A stretch of DNA of 64,000 bases from the human T2T-CHM13v2.0 reference genome, Homo sapiens, in the NCBI RefSeq assembly GCF_009914755.1, contig NC_060925.1; one strand, given 5' to 3'. Positions 1-23,634 of the stretch are shown here, one piece after another (positions within the stretch are counted from its first letter, which is position 1; each line of letters begins with the position of its first letter). The notes beneath the pieces are model-generated. The model was not told the DNA's origin, did no database searches, and saw nothing but the letters and a program-made list of their open reading frames with translations. A program made the translations under genes and the position numbers.

Positions 1-1535
1 GCTACCCCAAGCTTTCTACGTGAGTTCCAATCACAAAATCTCAAACCTGCACGTGGCTTTTCAAAAATGACATGCTACACCAAATCAAGAGAGGTGTACA
101 CAATGACTTTTATAATACCTTGCAAAAGCCAACATGTGGAACCACTTCTGCTGGTTACTATGGTGCCTAATGCATTGAACATTTTACAATGACAGCCACG
201 TGCAGATAATAAAATATTTTTTTAAGGATTAGAGTTACACTAAAAATGATAGGGACTGGCCTAGCAAGTCAGCAAGTTATGATAACATCTAACCTGCTTT
301 AATGTGGAACATTTACATAACTGTTAACACAGACACACAGAATCACTTTAAATAGGACAAACCGGAATATCAACTAAATGCATTCACAACCAACTATCTG
401 TCTATATGTCATCAATTTCAAGGAAAACTCAATTCTTCTGCATCTCAATAATAAAAATAAATAAGTAGAGTGAAACCTTGACTTTTAGAACTAAAGAAAA
501 TAATCATCCAAAGATAGGACCTAATTTAATTCTGAAATAATGAACTTCTACTAACTGTACTGCCCAATTATTTAAGCAAAATCTTTACGTTCTCAGACCC
601 TGCTCTTTCTGTCCTGATTTTCAAACAAAAAAGGAAAAATGGGATTCTAAGTCCACCTTACCATGTCCTACTGACAGGAGACAAAGAGACAAAAATTAGA
701 AAGCTGCATACATTATAAAAATGAAATACTCCATTTCTATCTAACAAAAGTGAAACCAGCACTTCTCCCAAAAGATGTGATTGCTTGTATATTTAATTAA
801 AGTCACAGCTGTTTTTAGCTTTTCTACCAACCACTGTACCTAACTCACATACAAAGCTAAAGTAAGTATATAATCTTATCACACAAGTACTGAAAATAGA
901 CAAATAACAAGAAAACCAAAAACTTGTTATGCCAGTATACCACCACTCTACTTCTATTACTCTGTCGTGTTGCAATACAACACAACTTTATTTTAGAGCC
1001 ACACTCCAGAATGTGAAAAGGAGAGAAAACACACATAAGGTTACAATTAGATGCAAAGTTGTCCAACTCTAACACAGCTTTATTCCCTACCCCAATTTAG
1101 AATATCAAAAGAAAAAAGAAGTTTAAAGGTCAGAAGCACTTGATGCTCAATGCTCTCACTGTAGCTCATACACAGAGCCTCAAAAGCTAAGTTCTCCTAC
1201 TACATGACACAGGTAACTAGTGATACAGAATTACAGAGTGCAATAAGTAAAGCTCATAGGAGCTATCTTCCCTGCACTTGTTTTGCTCAGCTTAGAACAA
1301 CACAGTCAATGTGACCTAAAACTGATTCACAGCTATGAAAGATCAAACATTTTTGGTTTTACTAGTTTATGTCTTAGTTTCAAATTGAAGTATCTTTTCT
1401 TTAAGGGACAATCCTTTTCATTTTATACTGTCTAAATGTACATTATGTACATATATTATTTCATCCCATTAGAAACAACAAAATAGGACCACATCATTAG
1501 AGAAATGGAATACCTTCAATACCTCATTTGTTGGA

Positions 1536-1830
<295 letters not shown>

Positions 1831-2552
1831 AAGTTGTTGATTTTTTGTGTGACCAGTTCTCATCCATAGAAAACTTACAACATTACATGTTTTCCCTAAT
1901 TGAAGGCCATGACTATAAAACTACAATCTCTAGTATATTTTCAGCAAGGGAGATAAAAGGGATATCCACTCCACCATGGGGGAAGAGTTATAAATTTCAT
2001 CTCTGATAGGAGGAAGGTAAGAATAATTGTTAAAAAATATTTATGTGTATACACACTCAATAATGTGGTTTAATTTTGTTTTTAAACACAAAAACTAATT
2101 CGTTTTAAAAATCTGAATTACATTAAAGGAGAACATAATACTACTTACAGGTCAAAAGGGGTCATGGGTTTTAAAAAGTAAGAAAACGCTCTATCAAGTT
2201 GAATAATGAAGAATCATTTTAAAAGAAAAAACATAGAAACATTAGTATAAATGGTGGGGATATAAATTATCAATAAATGTTAAAATATTGAATTTTGCTT
2301 TTTAGAAATATGGTAATATTAAATTGATTTTATAATAGAAAAAGAAGAATCTACTATTTCTTGACATAAATTCTGTAAGCTGCAAGAAAACCTTCTTTAA
2401 GGGAAACATTTAAAGACATTCCTTTCTACATCTATTCTGTGAAAATAAGCACCCTTTGTTGTTTCCATCTTTAAAATTCTCTGTCTTCTTGGCTTTTCAA
2501 TCTAGGAGAATAAAAAGTACACAAATAATTTCTACATTTAGAAGAAAAGAAC

Positions 2553-2853
<301 letters not shown>

Positions 2854-3315
2854 GTTTAAAAACCAGGCTTGCTATCTCAAAATAACTGGTCAATGACCAC
2901 GAATAATTTTGATCATTTTAAAACAAAAAGCTGCCTACAAGGAAAGAATAGATTACAAAATCCCCCGGGATTCTACTGGCAACATACAATGTGTGGGAAG
3001 TTTGCAAACATACATTCTGGTACATTCTGTATAAAATGCACTAATGACCACAAATTATGTAATTCTACCAAAACATTCATCTAAATACTAGTTTCCATCA
3101 ATACAGTATTCTCCTGCCTTCCAATAATTTGTACCCTGAAAGACCTGAAATATCAGAACATACTAAATATAAGAATGCAAGTATTCATCACAGTCCCAGC
3201 ATTTATCAATGTTTAAAACTTTTATTAAGACTTCATACCATTTTCCACAAGTGGTGCATGCTATACAATCAAAAGTCATACTTACTAGCAAGAGATGAAA
3301 ATACAGTATAACTAA

Positions 3316-3718
<403 letters not shown>

Positions 3719-4474
3719 AACGGTTTTTTTTTGTTTGTTTGTTTGTTTTTACCATTAATGTAACCTGACATTATTTTACATTCAGTGAGATTCATCTTTT
3801 AAAATATCAAGTAATACAACAGTTGTAACACAGAAGTGAAAAGTGGATTTTTAATGTAATTAAAATAAATTAAAACTTAGTCAAACAGCTGATGAAATTA
3901 CAAGACATGCCCCGAGTTAATCTTTTAAGTACCTTTAGAACATTTGGAAAGTAATGTCTTTTCACAATTTTCTAATTTCAATTCTTACTACTGGTTTCTA
4001 AATACACTTGTTTTATCACCTTTTTTGGAAATAGAGCTTGTCAGTATTCATTTGCCTTCATGGACAGAATTCTGAGAAAATTTTAAATTGAGAATAGAAA
4101 TAGTATTTCCTAAGACTTTACACTTCTCTACCTGTGAATGCTGACAGTGAAAAAATAGAAACTTTGGTTTGATTCAAGAGCCACACAATTTTGAATACTA
4201 TTGAGATTTTGCATGCTTAAAAATAAAAGCAGGATCTTTCTGTAATATGGCAGCCATAAATTTTATTTTTACTCTTTAGAAGTTAGAAGGGAAATAATTA
4301 GTAACAAATATTTTATTTCAAAATTCAAATTAGATTCCTACCTCATAGTTTCTGTTTTGTCCCAAGTTCAACATACTATGTACCCTGTAAATGTAAATGG
4401 CCATAAGCAAGAAATTAGGTTGCTTCAATGTGTTATTAAAGCTCTTAGGCTTAGGAAGAGAAATTAAATATATG

Positions 4475-4477
<3 letters not shown>

Positions 4478-4512
<35 letters not shown>
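4478..4512. repeat. (GT)n microsatellite
   Basis: Perfect GT run. Confidence 0.97.
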
Positions 4513-4514
<2 letters not shown>

Positions 4515-4538
4515 CTGTTTGTTTAAAAGCACAGAATA

Positions 4539-5467
4539 GGCTGGGTGCAGTGGCTCACACCTGTAATCCCAGCACTTTAGAAGGCCAAAGCAGGCGGATC
4601 ACTTGAGGTCAGGAGTTTCAAACTAGCCTGGCCAACATGGTCAAACTCTGTCTCTCTTAAAAATACAAAAAATTAATCTGGCGTGGTGGCACGCGCCTGT
4701 AATTCCTGCTACTCAGGAGGCTGAGGGAGGAAAACTGCTTAAACTCAGAAGGCGGAGGTTGCAGTGAGCCGAGATTGCACCACTGCACTCCAGGCTGGGC
4801 GACAGGAAACTGACTAACGCTCCATCTCAAAAAAAAAAAAAAAAAGCACAGAATAAAGGTCAAATTGTTTTCCATGAAAACAAGGCATATATCACTCTTA
4901 ATTACAACTTCAAAAGAAGTGTCTAAGTAAGGCAAAGTCTGATTTATAGGTCCTAGAAAGAGAATTTGCATGCAGCTAAGTATGTACAGAGATATTCAGG
5001 AGTTAACTGGATATCTATGACACAGTCCCACATAGAAAAAAGGTAGTCCATAGATTTGCTCACTGACTACATTGTATTTTAAGTTTATTTACTACACTTT
5101 CCAAAGTGCCTTATATATATATATATTTTTTTTTATTTTTAATTTTTTTTGGGGGGGGAAATAACTAAAACCTTTTTTTTTTTTTTTTTTTTTGGAGACA
5201 GCATCTTGCTCTGTCACCCAGGCTGGAGCACAGCGGCGTAATCTCGGCTCACCGCAACTTCCACCTCCCCAGTTTAAGCAATTCTCATGCCTCAGCCTCC
5301 CAGGTAGCTGGGATTACAGGTGTGCGCCACCACACCTGGTTAATTTTTGTAGCGATGGGGTTTTGCCATGTTGGCCAGGATGGTCCCAGACTCCTGGCCT
5401 CAAGTGATCCACCAGCCTCGGCCTCTCAAAGTGCTGGGATTACAGGTGTGAGCCACCACATCCGGCC
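4539..5467. mobile_element. Two Alus: 4539-4845 (+, TSD AAAAGCACAGAATA) and 5172-5467 (-)
   Basis: Alu consensus and visible TSDs. Confidence 0.93.
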
Positions 5468-6179
5468 TAAAACCTTTATTAGATATGATTTTCCAATAAT
5501 AATAATGTGCAAATTTGAATTATGAATTCAAAGAGCAGTGAAGTCTGAAATTTTAAAAGGTAGAATAGGTATTAGGGAACAAAAGGTAAAGGAAGATGAG
5601 AACGTTTAATACTATTCATTATCTCCTCTGTACACAATGTTGCATATACACAACTATTTCATTTTTATCTTATTGATTTAACAATAGTGAAATCACCTTA
5701 AGCAACCTACGGTATATAGTTGGTGTCCAACTTTGGGGGGGAAGGTAGAAACATACATGATTAACATTTTTCACCCACACATTTTAGACAATTTTTTTTT
5801 TTTGGCCAAGATTTTAGCAGCAAATTCATAAATATAAGAAGTACTTTCACTCATTCAATGTTAAAACAGAAAGCCAAATAGTGTCAACAGTAGTGGCTTA
5901 ATTATTGGTATACAAGAAAAACAAAACACCAATAGGTTTTCTTAATTATGCACTTTAAATATTAATATGTGCATTTATTTTTAGTTATACATTTTTCACG
6001 TTTTAGACAATAGCCTTTAATAGTTTCAAATCCATTGAGACGTTGCTTTCAATTTCAAATAATGTGTGCATACACGTATATAAAAAACAACCCAGTGTAT
6101 GACTCATGTGACAGATGTTTAAGATTAACAAATGCTTATTTTTCAACATGCAGTTAGGTAGAGAGGGAAGCAAGCCATC

Positions 6180-6214
<35 letters not shown>

Positions 6215-6848
6215 AATATATAGAGCCTGCGAGACAGCGAGACTCTGCCTCAAAAAAAAAAAAAGAAGTGAACAAAGGTTTACTCCAATACCTACAAATT
6301 TCTTAATGAAAATTAGACAAAATTAATAATGAATATTTTGGGAGAAAGGAGAACAACAGAGGCCATTTAAGGAAAACCTGTCTACACCATTCTTTAAAAC
6401 CAATAATAGTGGGAAAGATAAGAGAACTATCATTTACTGAGCATATATAATACACAAAGTTTTTAGTTTTTATTTTTTTTATTTTTTTAAGACATGAGGG
6501 TCTTATTATGTTGCCCAAGCTGGTCTCAAACTCCTGGGCTCAAGCAATCCTCCCACCTCAGCCTCCCAAGCAGCTGGGACTACAGGCATGTGCCACTGCA
6601 TCCAGCTCCAAGTAATTTTTATATTCACTATCTCATCAAATTTTGTCTCCACAACTAAGACGCAGGTGGTATTATCATCCTCATGCTACAAACAAGGAAA
6701 CTGGGATTCAGAGATTTAAACAATTTGTCCAAGAGTAACAGCAATAATGTTGCAGGTTGAAGTGAAAATACCTTAAATAAAGAGACTAGATAATAGTGAT
6801 GATGACTGCAGATCATTGTAAATGTACTTAATTCCACTGAATTGTATA

Positions 6849-8152
<1,304 letters not shown>

Positions 8153-9844
8153 TTACTTAAAAATGGTTAAAACAGTTAATTTTATCTTACGTATATTTTA
8201 CAATAAAAAATACAAAAAAAACCCTAAGAGATTAGAAATGCCAAAAAAAGATCAAATCTATAAAGTATTTAAAATATGAAATAAATGGAGAAAAAATCAG
8301 TATTTAGAAAACATTGTCAGAAAAACTGAATACCAACATGCAAAAAATATCCACATCAACATATGCTGTAAGTAATTATAAATATATTAAAAAACTAAAC
8401 ATTCAAAAAACTTTGGAGAAAACAGAACAGTAAGCTTATCTCACTATGGAAAAGAGATGAATTTATGGTCAATTCAAAGAAAGCATAAACAAGAATTTGA
8501 CAAATCCAATTATGTAAAATAAACTTTCATGCAATGAAAAAAACAAATCTAAGATTAAAATATTATAAATTCAGGCAATATCTGCAAGAATTATGATAAA
8601 TAAAACAATGTTTATAATATAAACCAAACCAATTCAACATTTCCCGATCATCTATTATTAGGGAGCAAACAATGACTAACTCATAAACCTGTCAAAGGAT
8701 AAAAACAGGCAGTTTAAACCACAGAGATTCAATCGGCACTTGAGAAAAAAGACTGTCTCACTACTAATTGGAGAAATATAAATTGCAATATTCTTAAGAT
8801 ACGACTTCATACATATTAAGCTACCAAAAAAAATCTAAACAATAAAACCAAGTGTTATCTGGGTTATGAGAAGATAAAGACATATTCAGTCAGGCACAGC
8901 TGTAAAATCATATGTGTCTTCAGACTGTTCCTGGATAAAGTATAAAAGAGGTCATAAGATTGGCCACAGCCTAATCTGAATAATTTTTCTTAGGTGCTCA
9001 CCCAAGAATTACATACAGGGGGGAAAGAAGCAAACTCTACTTTTAAAAATAGTATAAGTTTGTTGTCTACAGAAACGAAAAATGAGAAACAAACAACATG
9101 TGAACAATAAGTTTAACTACACTGTAACTGTAAACTATTTCAATACAAGCTTATTTAAAAGGTGAATACATGTTTTTATGTTAGTTTAATAATAGCTTAC
9201 ATATAATTTGATAAGAATCAAAAGCAGATACAAAGCTTACATTTAAAAGTATAGTAAAATGTTTAAATACATATTTTTAAATGCTTATATAAAAAATGTT
9301 CAAGACATTAAGCTAAAATTAGACACAAATTCTTCATTCTTGCCCCAACTTTTTCCATTAGAAAAAAAATTTCAGTTTTGAGGGAAAAGCATTTCAAATC
9401 ACAGTGATCTTGCCTTACCTAAAAAATCTTACCCTGTTTGTGACAACAGTATAGGCAGAAAGATTCATTTGATTTTCTGGCTGTGTCATCTCTTTCCTAA
9501 GAAGTTATTTAGACACTGTACACAAACTCAGGGTTGGTTCATTTTACAGCTCTAAGCAAAAGCAACCAACTTCCAATAGTTAAAGAATTTGCTATTGGAA
9601 GAGACTTCACATTTGGTTTCACTCTATTGGACAGACACGATTCTCTCTTGGAAATGCAAGAAAATATATAACAAAAGATGCTACAAAGGATAGAGTATCA
9701 CAGATCATTAAATGTAATCCTTATTTTAAAGTTGAGGAAATTAAACAAAAGAGAAGGCACTGCCTCATGAACCTGTAAGCAGCAGAAACAGTGGTGGAAT
9801 CCAAAACTCTGAACTCCCTTGTCTGAAGTTTTTTGTCCTCTTTA

Positions 9845-11400
<1,556 letters not shown>

Positions 11401-11529
11401 AAAAAAAAGAGGGTGGGAGGGAAAGGAGAAAGGGAGGGAAGAGGAGAAGGAAGGAAGGGAAAGAGGGGGTAGAAGAGGAAGAGAGGAGGGGGGAAATCCC
11501 CTTTCCCAAACACATATACACACAGTTAT

Positions 11530-11962
11530 CATGAAATAGATTTCTAGCCAAAGATGGGTCCATAGCCTAATACCCAGATCCTGTGAATGTTCACTTATTT
11601 GGAAAAACAGTCTTTGCATATGTTATTAAGGATTTTGAGATGAGATTATACATAGGCCCTAAACGCCATCACAAATATCCTTATAAGAGAAAAGCAGACA
11701 TTTAACACACATACAGAGAAGACGGCAATGTGAAAATGGAAGAAGAGACTGGAGGGTTACGGTCAAGGAATGTCAGCAGCCACCAGAAGCTGGGAGAGGC
11801 AAGGGATGATTGCCCCTAAAGCCTCTGGAGCAAGTTCAGTCCTGCCAACACCCTGATTTCAGACTTCTGGCCTCCAGAAGTGAAAGAATAAATTTCTGTT
11901 GTTTTAAGCCTCAAAGTCTGTTTGGGGTAATTTGTTATGGCAGCCACAAGAAACTAATACAA
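11530..11962 (+). mobile_element. MLT1-type MaLR solo LTR
   Basis: CCTGTGAATGT...TCTTTGCATATGTTATTAAGGATTTTGAGATGAG...AATAAATTTCTGTTGTTTTAAGCC...GTTATGGCAGCC...AAACTAATACA. Confidence 0.85.
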
Positions 11963-12097
11963 ATAGCAAAGTTTATGTTTTTTGTTTGCTTGGTTTTGCT
12001 ATTACCTCTCTGTTTGGGCTTGTTGACCATCTCCTGACCACTGAATGAAACAGACAAACTGAAAACGAAAGTGGGAAATGAAGAAATCTAAGTAAGG

Positions 12098-13042
<945 letters not shown>

Positions 13043-13793
13043 TCACCATACTGTTTGATGTGTTCTGCTTAGGGAAAAAAATTACTGCTAGAGTTAAACC
13101 TGAAATATATAAAAGTCCTCCTTTCCAATTTATCTTAAATAACAATCTTACGTAAACTATGCCTCAAGACTGAGCTCATATTTTTCTGTTTTGATTGAAG
13201 TTCCTATTTTGCATTTCTCTCATGTAATAGTTATACAGTAATATGCTCCTCCATAAATCATTTACTAAATATTTAATTTTTAACTTTGTAACACTGTGCT
13301 TAGCACTATATCAAGAACGTTGATAAACACATCATAATATGGTACTAAATGATCAGAAATTTTTTTCATTGGAAAAACGTGACTTTTCTAACTCAACAAT
13401 TACTTTTTTGCATGTATTTTTCTTTGGGATTTCTTTTTTGTTTGTCTTGAATAGAGCCCTGAAATTCTTTCTAAACATATTCATAGAATATTTCAAGCTG
13501 GAAGAAAAACACTGAAATAGAATCCAGGATAAAATATGCCAGGTATTAAAGACATATTCTGAAAGAAATCATAATTACTTTTGGCTGCTGCATCAAAAGT
13601 TCATGTCAGTGTTGAATATGCCATTTAACTACCCTTTACAAAAATGTACAGATCAAACAGAATGAAACTATAAAAGCTCAGCTAATTTAACCAAGTAAAG
13701 TTGTTAATTCCAACTTCAAGCAACAAAGTAAATAAGGGTAAAATTTAGGAACTTAATCATTTCTTGATAAAGACTCTTAATTGAAACAATTTT

Positions 13794-14283
13794 CCCAGGG
13801 GCCCTCTGTACTAGTCTCTGCTTAGCCTAAATGAAAGGATCTAATCTACAGAGACCAATAGTCCCAAACTTTAAGAATCTCCTCTGAATGCAACTCAAAA
13901 TGATGACACACAAATTGAATTCATTCCCCCCAAAAAAATTATGTGACATATAAAGCATTTTGGGACAGATAGGAACTGAAAAAATAGTCTTGCAAAAAAC
14001 AGAACCAAAACTAGTAGCAGTATCTTATAAACCAATAACATGTTAGTTACAGCCAGAAATAAAAATTAAACTATATAAATGCAAAGTGGTATCCTGAATT
14101 GGATCCTTGAGTAGAAAAAAGATATTAGTAGAAAAAGTAGTAAAATCTGAATGAAGTCTGGAATCTAGTAAACAGTAATGAGCTGCATTCAGAGGAGATT
14201 CCAAAAGTTTGGGACTGTTGGCCTCTGTAGATTTAGATCCTTTCGTTTAGGCTAAGCAGAGACTAGTACAGAGAGCCCTGGGG
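13794..14283. repeat. Inverted repeat with ~105-bp arms (13794-13897 and 14179-14283)
   Basis: Arm 2 reverse complement aligns to arm 1 with about 9 differences. Confidence 0.92.
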
Positions 14284-14309
14284 GAAGGGTGGGAATATAT
14301 ATGTATATA

Positions 14310-15655
<1,346 letters not shown>

Positions 15656-15737
15656 TTATAATAGGATCTACTTAGATTTTTAGACAAAATCACATATGAA
15701 ACTGCATAAAATTCTATGACTGTAATACAAACAAATG

Positions 15738-15928
15738 AAATTATAAACACAGACCACAGTTTTTTTATGAGTACAGAGATCTGAAATGTTGGCTAACAAA
15801 ATTATAAACATAGTTGGAACAATAAATAGTTTATTTATTAGTAACGAGATCTGAAACACTGGCAGATAAAACTATAAAAACAGTTGGATCAACAGTTTAT
15901 TTATGAGTACAGAGATTGAAATGTAGGC
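15738..15928. repeat. Degenerate ~65-70-bp tandem repeat, about 2.5 copies
   Basis: Recurring AGTTTATTTATGAGTACAGAGATCTGAAA..TGGC..ATAAA..AGTTGGA. Confidence 0.75.
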
Positions 15929-18231
15929 TCTATTACCTGTTACCATCATAACAGAAGAATTTTTCCATTACATAGATAACTTAAGGTCAAATTGTATAAA
16001 TTCTTATTTTTATTCTAAATGTGACTACCTTCAGATACCCTTTCCTTATTTAAATTGAAATGGTGGAAGAATTCTACCCTATCTTAAACACTAGAGGTAG
16101 AACTATACAACATACAATTATTCAGAAGCAATTATACCTAAAATAGAAGTTAGTACTCATTTAAAAGAGATCTTAGACTTTCAATTTCCATAACTGTGAG
16201 AAAATACATGTTATTTTAGCCACCCAATCTATAGTATTCTGTTAGGGCAAACCAAGTGGACTAATATAATATAGTTCACAAAACCTTACTTTAGTTATTT
16301 AGACATGGTTTTCTTTAGTTCTTTGAACTTTCTTTTTTTTTTTTTTTTAAAGAAATGAGGTCTTGCTCTGTCACCCAGGCTGGAGTGCAGTGGCAATTGT
16401 CCCTCCTCAGTAAGTGCAAGCCACCATACCAGGCCCTTTGAACATATTTTAAATGGCTGATTTAAAGTCTTTGCCTAATACTAAAGTCTAACATTTGGGC
16501 TTCCTCAGGGAACATTTTCTAATTTACTGCTTTCTCTCCTATGTGTGGACCATACTTAAGTGGTTTTTTGCATGCTTTGTAATAACAGTCTCTTGAAAAC
16601 TAAACATTTTAAATAAGGTAATGTGACAACTCGAAAAATCAGATTCTTCCCCTACCAGGTATTTGTTGTTATTACTGTTTACTGTTGTTACTGTTTATTG
16701 TTGTTTCTTTTAGTGACTTTCCTGAACTAATTATCTAAAATATTAATTTTCTATCATATGTGGTCACTAAAGTCTCTGCTGTTCATTTGTGATCAGCTAA
16801 TGACTGGGCAGAGACTTCCTTAAATGCTTAAAACCAGTATAAGACTCAGTGTGTATTGACAGCCTAACTACATGTGTTAGGGCATACCTTTCACATTCAG
16901 CCAAGCAGTTTACAACCCTTCCTTAGCCTTTACTTCTTGCTTGCACAAAGTCTAGAGATTAATCAGAACTGACAGCTTAGGACCTTCTTAGTTCTTTCCT
17001 AAGCATGCAGCACACAACCCTACACATGCACATAGCCTTCTAGATTCCCAGAAATATACCAGAGCTTCTTAAATTTCCTTATGAACATCTCATTTCCCAG
17101 CTTTTCCTTTTAAGCTTCTTGGTTAGCCTATTATTCGATCTAACTATTCACTGTCACTCAAGATGGTGAGCACTCAAGTTGTTCAACAACTGCCTTTAAC
17201 TGTTTTCAATAAACACTGCAAGGGGAAAGGTTGTTTGTACTAAGTGAGCTTCAAGTCAGGTCAAATACAGATGGTCTTGTGAATGAGGTTTTTCAAGGAA
17301 CTACTAGCTAGGTAAAATAATGACAACTCTGGGAATGGAGTTTTGAAGAACTCTAAACTCGATCTATCCCTTCCAGTGGCTGGTTTTCACCATGATTGGA
17401 GGCTGTTGGTTTTCAAGGCTACTGAGGAGCTAGAGGGAAAAGCACAAATTAAAATGCCACAAAGTTTGCTGTTTTTGCCAAGATTCAGCCATTTCTCTTG
17501 AATAAATGCTCACAGATTGCTGCCATTGATAAATATTCCAGGTACCCTTCAGTTCTTCATATTTGTTTACCTGGAGTCTGCTACATTTCTGAAACTTCTA
17601 CATATACTTTTCGCTGTGATTTCTTCTCCTATTTTTTCCAACAATTTGGTCTCACTGTTTCCTATCTTTCAGAAATCCATTAAAGTCTCATCAGCTGAAA
17701 GCCACCTTTCTTGATTTAATACCTTTAAAAAAATATCTAACATACTTACTAACATATCCACTCAGAATCCTTTGTATTCAGAGCCCTGCTAAAGCAGACA
17801 CAAATATCCAGCAGACCTACACTCAGCTAACCTCTCTTAAGGCTCCCTTTAGTGTGATCCTAAGAGAGTCTTTCAGCTCTCATAACTTAGGCAACAGCAC
17901 AAATCACATTTCTGTAACCAGAAAAACTGCAACCACCTACACCTCCCTGATGGGACTTTCTGTAGACAGATAAAAACCATCACCATACTGGTCAATACCT
18001 TCCATAAATAAATAGTGCAGCCAACTGACTGCAGTAAATTTGGTGAATTCTTCTGGCTACTTTGTTCTGGAGGCATGACTAACATATCATAGTATTATCA
18101 GCTGTAGGACTATTTATAGTAACTTTACACTTAACAAAACACTGTCAGAACTTACTGAGAAAGTTGCTTTTTAAAATATATACATATATTTAGGCTCTAA
18201 CAAATTCTTAATAGAAAAAAATACTAGTTTA

Positions 18232-19235
<1,004 letters not shown>

Positions 19236-21549
19236 TAATGAAACAGGAAGATGTGTTCCAAAGGAAAAATTTCAAAACCATAGTAAAAAGTATTAAGAAG
19301 GAGGAGGTTAACCTGAATTAGCTATGTCAAAGTGAGCTTAATAACAGTACAATGGTTCTTCTATATTTCTTCCAACACTCCTTGGATCTCTCTCCAATTT
19401 TAGTAACTTGTCAGCATAAGAATTTCTCTGTTTGTAGTGGGTGTTAACAAGTGACATGAAAAAAAAACAAGAAATCAAAAAGAATAAGAATATGATAAAA
19501 GAAATTTTTTAAAAAATCTGTTTGAAGATCCAGACTCAAAGACTCTAAAACTTTATCTTCATCCTTCTTTAATCTGTGCAGTTAAAATTTCTGAGAATCA
19601 CAACATGAATATTCTATAAATGTGCTGCTTCCAGTTATACAAAGTTGTACCCTATGTCATCAATTCTCTAACATTCTACATACCTATATATCTCATCTAT
19701 ACATCAGTCCTATATATCAGCTTATCAGTGTTTGGATAACACTGACTATACACTATACTAACAGAACTAAGTCTTTTGAAATCTATGTCTTTAGCTGTTA
19801 GAAGAACTGTAAAATCTAGGTTCAGTTTTTTTATTAATGTTTTATTTCTCCAAATTTATTTACCCCTTCAAAACTCCATCAGACAGGATAATATAAGTGT
19901 TTGTTAAAGAAAAATAAAATAAATAAATATCTTACACCAAAGATAAAAAGGAAAGAAATCTGGTCTTGAATGAAAGTCAATTCACTAACTAGCTCCACTT
20001 AAGTTTTCCCAAATAGCAAACCATTAAAACTATTAAGATTACGGCCCAAATAACAAGTGGTTCCTAAGAGAGATTTTAAAAGTTGGGCCTGTAGCCTTGA
20101 TAACCTTTAGCTTTAAATCCAACACGCTACACAAGAACTTTCCCTACAGGTCCTCAAGACAAGATATTTTCAAGCTCCTGAGCAATATAACATTAAATGT
20201 CAATCATGCCCTGTTACTCAGCAAATATACAGAACTCATCATAGTCACAAACACTCTCAGGAGCTCCAACTGTGAGTTGATACTATTAATAGCAAACATT
20301 TATGGAATGCTTCTTATGGGTCAGGTACCGTTCTAAGTACTTTTAATATATTAACTATTTCTTTTTCTTCTTCTTTTCTTTAATTGAGACAGTCTCGCTC
20401 TGTTACCCAGGCTGAAGCGCAGTGGCATGATCTCAGCTCACTGCAACCTCCACCTCCCAGGTTTAGCAATTTTTATGCCTCAGCCTCCTGAGTAGCTGGG
20501 ATTATAGGCATGCACCACCATGCCCAGGTAATACATTAATTATTTTAATCTTTCAATAAGTCTATAAAATAGAAGCTATTTGTTATTATCACCATTTTAC
20601 AGATGAGAAAACTAAGGCACAGAGAGTAACTTCCCCAATGCTATACACATAGTAAGTCACCAACCTGGTATTCGAGCCCAGGCAGGCTAGCTTCAAAGCC
20701 TGAGTTCTCAAACCACAGCTATGTGTCTCATAATGGAACAATGCAGACAGGACTGGTGATATTTAAAAGCTGACTGAGCTTAAAATGTATGATATGCCAT
20801 ACTATAGTCATCAACAGCCAGAATTCTTAAGCCAAGTAATGAGAACATACGAGAAGATGGCAAGTCTTCTTCTTTATCCTTTACCATTCTCATTTTTTTT
20901 CCCCAGGCCTCCCAAGTATGAGTATGAGTTAACACAAGTGAAGTGCTTTAAATAGTGCCTGGCACATAGTAAGTGCTCACTAAGTGTTAAGAGCAGGTAG
21001 TGGTATAAAAATAGTAGAGTATGTCTGCTGACCCTGTTTCACTCTACCAGCTAGGATAGGCAAGGAACTGTTGATATTTCTACGCCCTTTCCCCCTTTGT
21101 GATTACAGGAAACGAATTGGGACAATACATAAATGTAATCCACTGTCGCAAACCCTAATTACTCTTCAGTCATGTTATTTCACCTGACCATATACACATG
21201 AGCAAACTGCTTCATTCCTCAGTCCTCTTTTTTTGGTTTACAAAGACTGGACTTGGGCCAGAAGAGAGCAGAATAAAGCAGCTTTGTAACCTTTTGACTA
21301 GTTGCCAAGAACAGAAGCAAGGTTTGTGAAAACCAACTGAAAGGACCTAAACTTTGGACTGTTAGATGGAAACTAGCAAAGGATTCTAACGATAGAAGCT
21401 CAGCATACAACCGAGCATTTTCAACCTCACGATTCCAAAATAAGTTTTTAAAATAATGTGCCTAGAAATGGTAAAGAACAGGGATGACAGTAATGGTAAT
21501 CAGGGCAACAGGACCTCCCTCTCTCAATGATTGTTCTGCAGCTATTTAG

Positions 21550-23634
<2,085 letters not shown>

